DNA of 64,000 bases from the NCBI GenBank assembly GCA_000004695.1, contig CM000150.2, forward strand, positions 4,512,001 to 4,576,000, read 5' to 3'. Position 1 is the stretch's first letter. Every line of letters begins with the position of its first letter. Both the position numbers and the translations under genes were made by a program. This DNA is from Dictyostelium discoideum. Taxonomy: Eukaryota. The notes under the pieces are model-generated. The model was not told the DNA's origin, did no database searches, and saw nothing but the letters and a program-made list of their open reading frames with translations. Positions 1-13,063 of the stretch are shown here, in pieces.

Positions 1-336
1 GTTGTTGTTGTTGTGCATGTTGCTGAGCTTGTTGTTGAGCTTGGTGTTGTTGTTGAGCCTGTTGATATTGTTGTGATTGCATCATTTGGTTCTGAATTTG
101 TTGTTCAATCGATAATGGCATATTGTAAGAAGGTTTGGGTTTCTCCTCTGTTGCATTACCCCCACCATTACTATTATTACTAACACTACTGCCACCAGTA
201 GTGTTATTTGTGGTTATAGGTGTTCCAACTATATTATTATTGTTATTATTATTATTATTATTATCTCCGCTATTATTATTATTATTATTATTTATAAAAG
301 ATTGATCATGTTGATGTTGCATATCACCAGTAATGT
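1..336 (-). CDS. N-terminal exon of a Q/N-rich protein; partial, continues past the left edge of the window
   Basis: The minus-strand ATG is at 336..334 (revcomp of ...atgttcat). The open frame reads MNITGDMQHQHDQSFINNNNNNSGDNNNN...QQYQQAQQQHQAQQQ and stays open to position 1. No stop is seen, so the gene is truncated by the window. Confidence 0.4.
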
Positions 337-924
337 TCATATTTTATCGTATTAATATATTTTATATGTTTAACTCTATTCTTTGTTTCTTTTGTTTTTT
401 TTTTTTTTGGAGTTATTATTAATTATCTCTAACATAAAACTCCACTTTTATTAATCTATAGATAATAAGAAAAAAAAAGGAATAGACAGCAATAAGGGAA
501 AAAGAGAGAGACAGGGGAGAGATGGATAAAAATATTTAGAAAAAAAAAATAAAAAAAAAGAAAAAAAGAGAATTAAATGAACATGTTAGGAATTTTTATT
601 TTTTATTTTTATTTTTTTTATTTATTTTTTATTTTATTTGAAAAAATAAAAATAAAAATTTTTAAAGGAAAAAAAAAAATAAAACAAAAAATTTAAAAAA
701 GAAAACCTAATAAAAGAAACCTACAATCTATTATTACAATAAACAATAAAAAATATGACGATATTGTGCAATAATTATTTAAATTGAAAAACAAAAAAAT
801 TAATGAAAAAAAAAAATATTAATTTTTGAAAATTAAAAAAAAAATAATAATGATAATAATCTAATAATAGTAATATTAGATATTATATTGGTGTTGTTTG
901 ATTACTTGATCGTGTTGGTTTCTT

Positions 925-976
<52 letters not shown>

Positions 977-1058
977 GTTGGGAGTTGATTAAAAGTGGTG
1001 TTGTTATATTGTTTTAATTGTGTTATTATATAAAATTTTGAAAAAAAAAAAATTTTTG

Positions 1059-1093
<35 letters not shown>

Positions 1094-1964
1094 TAAAAAA
1101 AAAAAAAAATAAAATAAAAATAAGGTTTTAACTGTAAAAAAATTGATATTAAAATGGATGATCAATAAATAAATAATTTAAAGTACTTACACTTTATTTA
1201 TTTTTTAATTTTTTTTTTTTTTTTTTTTTTTATTAATTAAAAAAAAAAAAAATTTTGGATAAACTATATTTTACAGAAAAAAAAAAAATAATAATATGTA
1301 TAAAATTTATAAGGTGAAAAAATATTTATGTGTAAAAAAAAAAAAAAAAAAAAATTTTAGTTATTATTATTTTTTTTTTTTTTTTTTATTATTATAAAAA
1401 AAAAAATAATAATGGAAAAAAAAAAAAATGAAATTATAAATAATATAAAATAGTAAATTGAAGTTGATATCGAAATTTAATTAAATCAAAAAGATGTTAA
1501 AATTAGATGAACCAACGAATTTAAAATTGTACGAGAGAAATATTGCGAGAGAAAAAAAAAAAATTTTAAAAAATTAAAAAAAAAAAGAAAAAATTAAAAA
1601 AAAAAATAAAAAAAAAAAAAAATTAAAAAAAAAATTAAAAAAAATTAAAATTAAAAAAAAAAAAAAAAAAAAAAATAATTTTTGACGTGTGTGTTGTATA
1701 TTTAATACATAAAAATGAAGAAAAATAAAATAAAAAATTATCCTCAAAATAAAAATCAAAACAATGATCTTTGTCCAATAATAGACACTCTAAAAAAAAA
1801 AACATAAAAAAAAAAAAACATATCGATATCTTTCAAGGGCCATTTACTTTTTTTTTTTTTTTTTTTTATTTTTATTTTTTATTTTTTTTTTTTTTTTATT
1901 TTAATTTTATTTTAATTTTATTTTAATTTTATTTTATTTTTTTTTATTTTTATTTTTTAAATAA

Positions 1965-1995
<31 letters not shown>

Positions 1996-2325
1996 TTGGT
2001 GACGAGTTCTGTTCAAAGGAGGTAAAAAGTTTGATAATGACGGTTACACAGAATCAAACTATTGCTTCTTTAAATAAAATTACCTTATAATCGAAATTTC
2101 CGATTATAGAATTTTTGCATGTTTTCATCAAACCTTTAATTATTAACCTAACATTCAAAGTCTACTCTTACTTTTTATGGATAAAGTCAATTTTTAATAA
2201 CTTGTGAAAACATAAACCCTTTTTAATTTTAAAGAAAAAAAAAAAAAATCAAAAAAAAAAAAAAAAAAAAATTATTATTTCTATTTTATTTTATTTGTAA
2301 TATTTTTATTTTATTTTATTTTATT

Positions 2326-2423
2326 TTATTTTATTTTATTTGCCAATAAAATTAAAAAATGAGTACCAACAGAGATATCAGTAACTTTATGATCAGTTGG
2401 TAGAGTGAATCTTTTTATATTAC

Positions 2424-2484
<61 letters not shown>

Positions 2485-4297
2485 GGAATCAGTAGTTGGT
2501 AATATTGTTGCAAACATTGATTTACTAAGTTTCTTCTCTAATGTGAAATCATCTCTAAGTGACCATACACAAATTTCATTTGGTGATTCATTAAATGCCA
2601 CAGCAGCATGTGTATTTGATAAAGAGAATTTATTTATTTTTTCATTATTAAACTCTGGGAATTCAACTAATTCTGCTGTAATACTATTATCATTATCATT
2701 ATCATTTTCATTTTCATTTTCATTTTCATTTATTGATGACCATTTATATAATTTACCATTATCAGTTAAAGCCATTGACAAATTATCAGCAGCACCGATT
2801 TGAATTACTTTTTCATTAATTGGAATACCATTAATTTTATAAATTATATTATTTAATTTTTTATTATTATTATTATTATTATCATAATCATTCATTTGTG
2901 AAAATGGTGATAATTGTAAATCGTTACCATCTAAATATCGTAATTTACCTCTGCCCCATTGATAAATGTCACCATTTTCAGTCAACCCAATTGAATGAAA
3001 ATAACCAGCTTCAATATCAACCATTTTAAATTTATCAAGTAAATTTGAAGGTACTGGTAATTTTATATCTGGTGTTTTTGTTGTTGCTGTATTATTATTA
3101 TTATTATTATTTGAAAATGATATACCTAATTGTCCATCATCTGATTTACCACATGATAACATTTTACCATTATTAAATAAAAATAATGTATGATATAATC
3201 CATTTGATATCTTTTTAATATTATTACTATTATATTTATTTTGATTATTATTTTGATTATCATTTGAATTATTATCATCATCTTTAAATAAAATTTTATT
3301 TGGAGTTTGAATATTTAATAAAGTTCCAATACCTAATTGACCATGTTGATTATTACCCCAACTATAAATTGAATTTTGTTTTGTAATTTGATCTTTGGTG
3401 ATTGCAAAACTTGACCAACCACCAATTGAACCACCAATAACATCTGATTTTGAAAAGTTTGTAACTCTTACTGAATATGGTGAACTCTCTACAAAATTTG
3501 GAAATATACTTGTATTTGATCCATATTTATGTCCAATTTGTAAATTAAAATTTGCACCCCATGTTAACATATCATTATCATCTTTTTTATAAATAAAAAT
3601 AAATAAAAAAATAAAAAAAAAAAAAAATAAAAAAAAAAAAGTTTTTAGTTAATTTATTTCAACCCATGTGTTTTTGAGTTTTAAAAGTGTTAGGAAAGTT
3701 GGTAGATGGTTTTTATATTGAAAAAAATGAGAAAAATAGGGGGAGGGGAAGGGAGGTATGTGATTTATTTTTATTTTTATTTTTATTTTTATTTTTTTTT
3801 TTTATAAATAATGATAATAAATATTTACTTGTAAATGCACATGAGTGTAAAAATGTTGATTTTAAAGATTTTACAGAATATTCTATAAATTGTTCATTAA
3901 ATACTAATGTTGATTCAGATTTCCAATCACCTAAACCTAATTGACCTTGACTATTAACACCAATAGAGTAGATTGCAGTTTTAATATCATCATTATTTTT
4001 TAAATTACTCCAATTGAATCCATTTTGTAATTTTTCAATTTTTCCACCTTTAATTGCACTACCTAATGTAACTTTCTTTTTTTTTGGGATACCACTATTT
4101 TCATCATTATCTTTTTTACCAAATAATTTTGAAAAAAAAGTTCTTTTTATTGTTAAATTCGAATTATTATTATAATTATTGTAATTAAATAAATTATAGT
4201 TATTTTTATTATAATTATTTAATATAAAATTTCTACTACAAATTTTAAGAGTAGTAGAAGTAGATGTTTGATGGATATTCTTTAAAATTGATTGCAT
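2326..4297 (-). CDS. RCC1-repeat (regulator of chromosome condensation-like) protein, two exons (4297..~3834 and ~3576..2326)
   Basis: The minus ORFs at 2326..3570 and 3713..4501 carry RCC1 blade signatures: GVNSQGQLGLGD, SWGNNQHGQLGIG and YQWGRGK. The ATG of MQSILKN lies at 4297..4295. The two ORFs are in different frames, so an AT-rich intron is required; my best boundaries are donor GTAAAT near 3833 and acceptor ..aaaaaAG at 3577. The protein has poly-N and poly-D/N low-complexity inserts. Confidence 0.6.
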
Positions 4298-4309
4298 CTC
4301 AATTTTTGG

Positions 4310-4359
<50 letters not shown>

Positions 4360-4590
4360 AAAAGTGGAGAAAACGACAAATGAAAGTAAAAAAAAAAAAA
4401 AAAAAAAAAATTAAATTAAAAAATATCAAAATATCTTTTTTTTTTTTTTTTTTTTTATTTTTATTTTTATTTTTATTTTTTTTTTCTTTTTCTTTTTCCA
4501 ACCAAAAAAAAAAAAAAAAAAAAAAAAAATAAACTCACTCAAAGATTATTATTATTGTTATAATAAAAAATAAAAAATAAATAAAAAAAA

Positions 4591-5109
4591 ATGAATTTTA
4601 AATATATTTGCATCACTATTTGTTTTATCTTTACAATTTTCAATTTATCAAATTCTACATTCACACCAGTTGAGTGTGATTTTTGTACATTGGCCGTCGA
4701 TTCACTTCACAATATTGCTTTAGCTGACAATTTAACATATGCTGATATTGACGGAGCTTTGGGTAGAATTTGTAATTCAATTCCATCTAATTATTCTGGT
4801 TTGGTATGTTTTTTTTTTTTTTTTTTTAATTTTTTATTTATACCATACACACCATTTCTCGGTGATTAACAATAAATTTTTTTTTTTTTTTTAAAAAAGT
4901 GTAATTATGTTTTAGAAGCAATGGGACCAACTGTCATTAAACAAGTATTAAATGGAACTAGATCTGAAATTGTTTGCACAGAACTTACCATTTGTTCAAA
5001 TGTAAATTTAAAAAATAAAAATAGTATTTGTCAAAATGTTGAAACAGCTCTCTTAACTGTTGCAAAAGCAATTGAAGATATTTCCGAATTATTTAATGAA
5101 TCAACCATT
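4591..5109 (+). CDS. Secreted saposin-like (SAPLIP/amoebapore-like) protein; exons 4591..4803 and 4900..5109, with a possible third exon at 5197..5265
   Basis: There is an N-terminal signal peptide (MNFKYICITICFIFTIFNLSNS). Six Cys residues have saposin-B spacing: C-x2-C ... C-x10-C ... C-x5-C (ECDFC..GRIC..CNYV..VCTELTIC). Exon 1 ends at a GTATGT donor after SGL. An acceptor aaaaaAG|TGT at 4899/4900 restores the fourth Cys. A second GTATGT donor follows NESTI at 5110. Confidence 0.45.
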
Positions 5110-5611
5110 GTATGTATTATTTTTATTATTTTTTAATTGGTCTTTTTTTTAATTGGTAAATTATTAACAAAAAAAAAAAAAATCTTTTAATAATAGATCC
5201 AAACTGTTTTGAAAGTTTTAATTGAGGTTAATGATAAAATAACCCAAATTTGTTCAAATTAAAATTGAAAAAAAAAAATACAAAACCAAAAAGTCAATAA
5301 AAACTTTTTAAAAATAAAAGATAAAAAAAAAAATCTTTTCTTAAAAAGTGTGATGATAATTTCATGCACACCAACAATTTTAAAATTAAAAAAAAGATTC
5401 AAAATAATTAAAACTATTACTAAATTTGTAAATTATTTAAAAAACGTTTTTTTTTGTTTTTTTTTTTTGTTTTTTTTTTTTTTTGTTTTTTTTTTTAATT
5501 TTCTCTTTTTTTTATGCTTTTTTTTTTTTATATTTTTAAAAATTAATTAATGTCAAAATTTTTTTTTTTTTTTTCCCACCTAAAAACTAAAACAAATAAA
5601 TTTATAATAGA

Positions 5612-6193
5612 TTGCTAATAGATATGTCAAATAAAAATAATAGAAATAATAATAATAGTAATAATAATAGTAACAATAATGGTAATAATTTCTTTGAAGA
5701 TGAAGATTTTTTCGATGAAAACTATAGTGATTCAGAGGAAGAACTTGATAATAGACAAAACAAAATCCAAGAAAATCAAAGATCACCAACACAAAGTACT
5801 TTAAATGATTCTATTATTAATAATGATGATTTAGAATTTGCAAATCAATTATTATCTGTTCAAAGACAATTAAATATTAATAATAATAATAACAATAATA
5901 ATAATAATAATAATAATAATGAAAATAATAACAACAATAGCAACAGTAATAATGGCAATAGTAATAATACAACCACTACCACAACCACTACTACAACATC
6001 AGCACCATCAACATTTATAAATTCTCCATCACTTTTAAATAATGTTAATACCATTTTATCTAATAATAACAATAATACCAATAGTAACAGAACATATAAC
6101 AATCAACAATCGAATGATATTTTACCTATAAATAGTAGAAACACTACCACTACAACCACAACTTCAACATCTTCTTCATTCAACAATCAAAGA

Positions 6194-6231
<38 letters not shown>

Positions 6232-6546
6232 TAATAGTTATAATAGTAGTATTTACCAAAGTGGAGAAGAGTTTGAGGATGATAGTGATACTGATACATT
6301 TGAGTTATTAAATTCAAGTAATAATAATTTACGTGTAATTAATAATAATAGTAGTAATAATAATAGTAATAATAATAATAGTAATAATAATAATAGTAGT
6401 AATGATGATGAAAATAATAATCAAGAGGCAACAATTGATAATGATATAGATTTACCAATTGTTAATCACTCTGGTTCAGATTATGAAAACTTTTTAGAGC
6501 TCAAAAAAACTGCAAACATAATTAAAGTATTGGCAATTTTATTAAT
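5612..6546 (+). CDS. Poly-N/T-rich low-complexity protein, first exon; probably continues into short exons encoding transmembrane segments up to about 7197
   Basis: This is a 311-codon ORF starting MLIDMSNKNNRNNNN with an acidic stretch EDEDFFDENYSDSEEELD. It ends at a canonical GTATGT donor (6547) after ...KVLAILLM. The downstream open segments (FYSFMSYFGQKWWLIFR at 6655..6704; SFGFVFNPIGFYASHNLLKKCFLV at 6799..6873; VDLLFRVAYLFTDFVQLRGFGIFISLLFISLQGYMTYFCYMFYKK at 6997..7197) look like spliced membrane-protein exons. I could not make their phases fully consistent. Confidence 0.4.
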
Positions 6547-7306
6547 GGTATGTATTTTTTTTTTTTTTTTGGTTGAAATACAAATAAAAATACAAATAAA
6601 ATTTATTCATTTTATTAATTCTTTATTTATTTATTTATTATTTAAATGATAAGTTTTATTCATTTATGTCATACTTTGGACAAAAATGGTGGTTAATTTT
6701 TAGGTAAGAATTTTAAAAGAAATGAAAAAAAAAAAAGAATAATTTTTAGTTACTAACTTTTTTTATTTTTTTTTATTTATTTTATTTTTTAAAATTAATC
6801 CAAGTTTTGGTTTTGTTTTCAATCCAATTGGCTTTTATGCAAGCCATAATCTTTTAAAGAAATGTTTTTTAGTGGTATGTTTAAATTATTATTATTATTA
6901 TTATTATTTTATTTTATTATTATTATTTTAAATTATATATAAAATTAATTACTAAACCAACACTTTTATATTTATAAAATTAGTTTAATGTATATCTTGC
7001 AGTTGATTTATTATTTAGAGTTGCATATTTATTTACAGATTTTGTTCAACTAAGAGGATTTGGTATATTTATTTCACTTTTATTCATTTCTTTACAAGGT
7101 TATATGACATACTTTTGTTATATGTTTTATAAGAAATTACCAATTAGTAGAGAAACCTTTAGAGAATTCTTTTTACATGATCAAGGTTTTTTCTTTTAAT
7201 TTAATCAAATTGTAAATAAAATAATAAAAATAAATAAATATATAAAAAAAGGTAAATAAAAATATAAAAATATAATCAAAATTTATTTTTTTTTTTTTTA
7301 TTTATT

Positions 7307-8944
7307 TTATTGAATTATAATTTTTAAAATTATTAAAGTGATTATTAAAAATAATGGAAATTTAATTTTTGATAAATTTGAAAAGTTTGGATTTTCTTGA
7401 TTAATATCAGAGATTGATTTACATTTTTCTCTGCCATTTGATTCTTCTTTTTCATTTGGATTTAAACATCTAAAACAATCATATTCACTACATTTACCTT
7501 TATTAAAACTACAAACAAATGAACAACGTATTTTAGAGGAACATGAATCAGTTTTATCATTTGATGAATTTTGTGAGCAAATACATTGATTATTTAAAAT
7601 GATACCATTATTTGATAAACAATCTTCTTCATTTGAATTTGAATTTGAATTTGTTGTTGTGGTTGTTGTTGTTGTAATTATTGAAGATGGTTTATCATTT
7701 ATTGCAGAAAGTACATTTATAATACCAAATCCTTTAAAATTATCAGGTGATTGAGATTGCGAAGCAGTTTTTAATAAAACTTCTTTAATTTGTTTTGGTG
7801 TCCAATTTGGATGAGCTTCAATTATTAATGCAACAGAACCAGCGATTAATGGTGTCGCATGACTTGTACCACTTGTATAACGATATGAATCAATTTCAGA
7901 ATCATCAGCACCAAAACATAAAACACCTTTTGCTGATACCTCTGGTTTTAATCTACCATCAGAAGTTGGACCATACGAACTGAATGTTGCAATTTCACCA
8001 AACGCATCTACTGCACCAACAGTTATCGCAAATTTACTATCGCCAGGCGGACCAACTCCAACCTCCCCGTCATTGCCACTTGCAACCACCACAACAACAC
8101 CTTTATCAGTTGCGATATCAATTGCTTTCGAAAGTGGGGATGTACCATCACGTTGCCAGTATTCATAATTCTGAGTATACGATAACGATATAGAAATCAC
8201 GTCAGCACCCATTGATTCACCCCATTCAATTGACTCAATTAGGTAATCTTCTTCAATTGGAATTTCCTCTGAAACGATTTCAGTCTTTGCTAAAATGAAA
8301 TCTGCATCTGGTGCAACACCAATGATTTTACCAGGTTTATTACCCCCAATTTGCGATAGCACAAACGTACCATGCGAAATTTGTTTCAATCCACCACTCT
8401 CTGTATTATCTGTATGTTCAATGAAATCTCTTTCCCCACGAATTCTTAAACCACCTAATGATTCATGACTCTTTAAAAATCCTGTATCGATTACCATAAT
8501 TGTTGTACCATTACCTTTATAACCTAATTTATGGGCTTCCAATACACCAATTTGATTCAATTGTGAATATGATTTACCATAATCAATACCATTAAATATA
8601 TTTAATGGCTCATTTTCATCACTATCACTATTTAATTGAATTTGGTTTTTATTAATATCATTATTATTATTATTTGTATTTGGTAAATTTAATTGATTCA
8701 CTATTGAAATCTTTTTAACAAATTCATTTGAACTAATTAATTGTAAAATTTCTTTTAATTTATCTGGACATGATTGTTGTGCTGATAAAATTTCTTCATT
8801 TATTTTCAAACTAAATGATACTGAATTTAACCATTTTGATCTTTTTCTTTCTTTCATTATTGTTGAATTATTTTCTGAATTACCAATTCTTAAAATTTCT
8901 TCAATATATTTTTCATTAATTGGATAATCATTTTCATCAATAAA

Positions 8945-8995
<51 letters not shown>

Positions 8996-9349
8996 ATTAT
9001 TATAATTATTTTTATTATTTTTATTATTTCCTCTAAAAGATCTTCTATTTTTTGATTTTTCACTTAAATAACCAAAATGATTTAATTGAATTTTATTATT
9101 TGTTAAAAACTTTTCATTAAATTGTACCCAAATATTTATATTGTTATTTTTATAATTTGAATTATAATTTTTAAAATTAATTTTATTATTATTATTATCT
9201 AAATTTCCATTTTTTAATTGATATTTTAAAATAAATTTTGAAACTATTTCATCTATTGATTGATTTTCATTTAAACTTGTAGAAATTGAAATTATTATTG
9301 ATAATAGTATTAAAACAACTAAAGGAATAAAATTATATTTCCATTCCAT
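7307..9349 (-). CDS. Secreted subtilisin-like serine protease (peptidase S8) with a Cys-rich C-terminal region and a hydrophobic tail
   Basis: This is a 680-aa single ORF with a real ATG at 9349..9347 (MEWKYNFIPLVVLILLSIIISIS signal peptide). The catalytic triad motifs are present: VIDTGF (Asp), HGTFV (His) and SGTSHATPLIAGSVALI (Ser). Downstream there is a Thr-rich linker, a Cys-rich module (CICSQNSS..CSSKIRCSFVCSFNKGKCSEYDCFRC) and a C-terminal hydrophobic stretch that looks like a GPI/TM anchor. Confidence 0.85.
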
Positions 9350-9754
9350 ATTTATTAAAAGTTATTTTATTATTTATTTATTTAAATTTTATTCTATTTT
9401 AAATTAATTTTATTTTATTTTAATTTAATTTTATTAAAAAAAAAAAAAAAAAAAAAAAAGTTTTTAAGGTAAAAATAATTTAATTATACCTTAATAATGA
9501 TTCACTTTAAATCATTTTTCTTTTTAATTTTTTGGGGTTATTATATCATTTATTAATGTTTTATTTATTATTATTTAATATATATACATAGGAATAAAAA
9601 TATAAAAAAATAAAAAAATAAAAAAAAGTAAAAACAAAAAAAAAAAAAAAAAAAAAAGTGTGAATTTCTCGATTTGACTTTTTTTTTTTAATTTTAAAAT
9701 AAAAAAAACATACCACCCAAATCAAATTTTTTACGTATCTTTTTGTTTTAAAAA

Positions 9755-9764
9755 ATGGATCAAA

Positions 9765-9818
<54 letters not shown>

Positions 9819-10105
9819 TTAACATTTTAAACAATAGTAGTAATACTAATAATAATAATGAAATAACCAATAAAAAACTAACTCTATTGAATCAAAGAAA
9901 AACAACGGATTTCAGTAAAGAATGTTTATCATGTCATTTATTAAGTGGTGGAATATTCACAGTAATGGGCGTTTATCAACTTTATTCAATACAATCATAC
10001 CCTCAAAGTAAAAAATGGTTAACTTTTATTGGAACTTCTCTTTTATCATTTGGTGTTTATTGGGGTGCAGTTCATCCAATTATAAATAAAGACCAATATG
10101 AATAA
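9755..10105 (+). CDS. Small (116 aa) protein with an N-terminal poly-N tract and two predicted transmembrane helices; function unknown
   Basis: The ORF reads MDQNSNN(N)n ... KECLSCHLLSGGIFTVMGVYQLYSIQSYPQSKKWLTFIGTSLLSFGVYWGAVHPIINKDQYE. It has a CxxC motif followed by two hydrophobic helices. I recognise no family with confidence. Confidence 0.4.
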
Positions 10106-10305
10106 AACAATTAAATAAATAATAAAAAGAAAAATAATAATACATGTACATATATAATTTATAAAAAAAAAAAAAAAAAAAAAAAATTATTATTAAATTT
10201 TATTTTATTATTAAATAGCATTATATTTGTGTGTAATTGATTTTTTATTTTTTTTTTTTTTTATATTATATTATATCTTTTTTTTCTTTTTTTCTTTTTA
10301 TTTTT

Positions 10306-10638
10306 TTAAAGTTTTTGGAAATTTGAATTTTGAGTTGAAGATGGATTCATTCTGAAAGATCTACCTCTTAAGAGGAAAGCTAAAAATATACCAGCAGAAT
10401 ATGTAGCAATGAAAACGAAATCTTTAATCATCCACCATGACCAACCATCTGTAATTGCAGTGATAATGATTGAGAGAAAACTTAAAATTATTAAAATGGC
10501 TAAACCACACATAAAGTAAAATAATAATTTATGTGAATTAAATCTTGCACCAGCAATACCACAACCTGCTATTAATATACTACCAACACAAAGTATAAAT
10601 CCAATAATAAATGTTGAAAATGCTGATATAATACCCAT
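10306..10638 (-). CDS. Small (110 aa) four-helix integral membrane protein; function unknown
   Basis: The minus ORF reads MGIISAFSTFIIGFILCVGSILIAGCGIAGARFNSHKLLFYFMCGLAILIILSFLSIIITAITDGWSWWMIKDFVFIATYSAGIFLAFLLRGRSF.... It has four hydrophobic segments and compact AT-rich flanks. Confidence 0.4.
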   Translation of the reverse strand: MGIISAFSTFIIGFILCVGSILIAGCGIAGARFNSHKLLFYFMCGLAILIILSFLSIIITAITDGWSWWMIKDFVFIATYSAGIFLAFLLRGRSFRMNPSSTQNSNFQKL

Positions 10639-10678
10639 AATCTATACATTTTAAAATATTTAATTATTTATTATTAAA

Positions 10679-10723
<45 letters not shown>

Positions 10724-11222
10724 GATAATGATTTTTATATTAATATTTATTTTTTTTTTTTTTTTTTACTTTTCTTTTCTTTTCAATTGATCTGATTGTT
10801 TTTTTTTATTTTTTTTTTATTTGTTATAACCTACAATTAAGAAAATACATAAGAAATATAATAATCTTATTTTAATTTCTGTGCCTTCGAACCATAGTGC
10901 CATTTTTTTATTTTATTTTAAATATATGAAACGATTAAAATAAAAATAATAATAATAATTTTGTTTTATAAATAAATGATGCTGTGTTAATATAATTATA
11001 AATAATAAAAAAAAAATATAAAAAAACAAACAATTAAATATTAATTTATTGCAAAGTGTATGTGTGTGTGTGTTTTTATTTTTTTAATTTTATTTTATTT
11101 TTTTTTTTTTTTTTTTTCCTCAAATACGTTGCTTTTAAAAAATTAATTTATAAAAAAAAAAAAATTAAAAAAAAAAATTGAAAATATTAAAAAAAAAAAA
11201 TTGGAAATAATAAAAAAAAATA

Positions 11223-11259
<37 letters not shown>

Positions 11260-11480
11260 CCAGCCGATTTGTTAGGGTTACATTTTCATTTTTTTATTTT
11301 TAATTTTATTTTTATTTTCTTATAATTTCATTAATGTAAAATAAAAAAAAAAAAATAAAAAAAAAAAAAAGGTTTTTATTAAATATTAATATTTATATAT
11401 AAATGAATTAATCAATTAATTAAATATTTTTAATACCTTTCACAAATGAATTAATGAATTTAAAATTTACTATTCCTAAT

Positions 11481-12638
11481 TTATAAAGTTGGAACAGTGA
11501 CATTCTTATTTTCTTTATTTTTTCCTTTTTCTTTTTCTTTTTCTCTTTCTTCCCTTTCTCTTTCTTTTTTTTTTAAAACTATATTTGCAGTATATAAATA
11601 AAATAAAAGTTCAATATTTTTACAAGATAATAAAGGTTGATCATTTTCATTTTCATTCTCATTTTCATTTTGATTTGAATTATTAATATTTGAATTTGTT
11701 TGTTGTTGAATTGATAAAACTAATTTAAAAATTTTATTAAATTCCTCTATATTAAATGGAATATTATTATTATTTTCATTACTATTATTATTATTATTAT
11801 TATTATTATTTTCAGAATATTCTTCAATAATTGTTGGATGATATTGTTCAATCATTTTTAAAATTATATTATAAGTACCATTTGGACAAATTGTAGTTTC
11901 AGAATTTGAAGTGAATAAATAAAAAATGATTCTAAATTGGTCTCTATTTATAGACGTTTCTGAATTTAATGAGGGTACTTTTAAAACATTTCTTAAAATT
12001 AATGATAATTTCTCTGTTGGGAAATTTCTATTTGATGAAGGTTGAATTAAATCTGGTTGTCTTTGAATTAAATACTCCCAATAACTATGTAAAAATTGAT
12101 TTAAAAATTGTAAACTAATAAAACTATTTTCATTTTTATTATTATTATTTTCATTCTTCTTTTCATTCTTTGTGAAAATTGAATCAATTTGCTGAAATTC
12201 ATCATAATCAAAGAAACAACCATGAAAATGAATTTCAATATTATTATTAGCTGTATTGCTAATATTATTATTATTATTATTGTTTGTTGAATGTTGTTGT
12301 TGTTGTTGTTGTTGTTTCTTTTTAACTAAAACTAGTTGACAATTTAATGGATATTTATTTTGTGTTTTAATTAAATCATTTATTGTTTGTTTATAATTGA
12401 ATAATTTACCAGAATAAAGAAATTTGAAATTGGTTTCTTCTTCTTCTTTATTTTTTGAATTTTCAATTTCATTACTAAATAACTCTTTTGGTTTATTTAA
12501 AATTAAATAATCCTCTACTTTTTTAAATGTCATTTCTTTTTCCAATAAACAAACAAATTGATGTTTTCTATCAATAATAAATCTTACTGATACCTTATTA
12601 CCATTATTACTATTTGTTCCATTATCTAAATTTTCCAT
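11481..12638 (-). CDS. Hypothetical 385-aa protein with poly-N and poly-Q inserts and a K/E-rich C-terminus
   Basis: This is a single long minus ORF starting MENLDNGTNSNNGNKVSVRFIIDRKHQFVCLLEKEMTFKKVEDYLILNKPKELF. Its codon usage matches the neighbouring genes. I see no recognisable domain. Confidence 0.45.
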   Translation of the reverse strand: MENLDNGTNSNNGNKVSVRFIIDRKHQFVCLLEKEMTFKKVEDYLILNKPKELFSNEIENSKNKEEEETNFKFLYSGKLFNYKQTINDLIKTQNKYPLNCQLVLVKKKQQQQQQQHSTNNNNNNNISNTANNNIEIHFHGCFFDYDEFQQIDSIFTKNEKKNENNNNKNENSFISLQFLNQFLHSYWEYLIQRQPDLIQPSSNRNFPTEKLSLILRNVLKVPSLNSETSINRDQFRIIFYLFTSNSETTICPNGTYNIILKMIEQYHPTIIEEYSENNNNNNNNNSNENNNNIPFNIEEFNKIFKLVLSIQQQTNSNINNSNQNENENENENDQPLLSCKNIELLFYLYTANIVLKKKEREREEREKEKEKGKNKENKNVTVPTL

Positions 12639-12697
12639 TTTTTAATTACAATAAAATTATTAAATAAATTAAATAAAAACACAATAGATAAATTAAT

Positions 12698-12699
12698 AT

Positions 12700-12762
<63 letters not shown>

Positions 12763-12775
12763 TTTTATTTTATTT
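12698..12775. repeat. (ATTT)n / (TTTA)n tetranucleotide microsatellite, about 19 units
   Basis: A direct read of tatttatttatttattta... spans 12698-12775. Confidence 0.9.
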
Positions 12776-12956
12776 TTTTATTTATTTAAATATTTATATA
12801 TGAATGAATGTGGTTAATTAACAATAAAAATAAAATAAAATAAAATAAAAAAAATTAATAAAAAAAAATAAGGGGGTTTGTATTATATAAAATTTAAAAA
12901 AAAAGTGAAAATTAATTAATAATTTAAAAAGAAATAATAAAAAAATAAAAAAAGAA

Positions 12957-13063
12957 TGTAATTCACCACACACATACAAACCATATGAAGTAATAAACTT
13001 AATTAAAAAAAAAAAAAAGCATGTAATTCACACACACAAACCATATGAAGTAATAAACTTAAG
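12957..13063. repeat. Imperfect tandem duplication with a period of about 64 bp
   Basis: atgtaattcaccacacacatacaaaccatatgaagtaataaacttaa at 12957..13003 is repeated as atgtaattcacacacacaaaccatatgaagtaataaacttaa at 13021..13063. Confidence 0.8.

Noticed and set aside
919-975. T57 homopolymer and many other (A)n/(T)n runs of 20-50 nt
   Set aside because: These are characteristic intergenic and intronic composition for this genome and are not specific features. They are noted only as a source of possible length errors.
1574-1759. Track ORF of 61 aa that is pure poly-F/I/L
   Set aside because: It is a translation of A/T homopolymer spacer (aaaaattaaaaaa...). It has no start context and no composition resembling real genes.
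2405-2803. Plus-strand ORF (poly-L, SFSFSF) overlapping the RCC1 gene
   Set aside because: It is the mirror-strand reading of (AAT)n/(TTA)n runs that code poly-N on the true minus-strand gene.
7795-8193. Two plus-strand ORFs inside the subtilase gene
   Set aside because: They are antisense to a strongly supported S8 protease with an intact catalytic triad. They are H/Q-rich junk.
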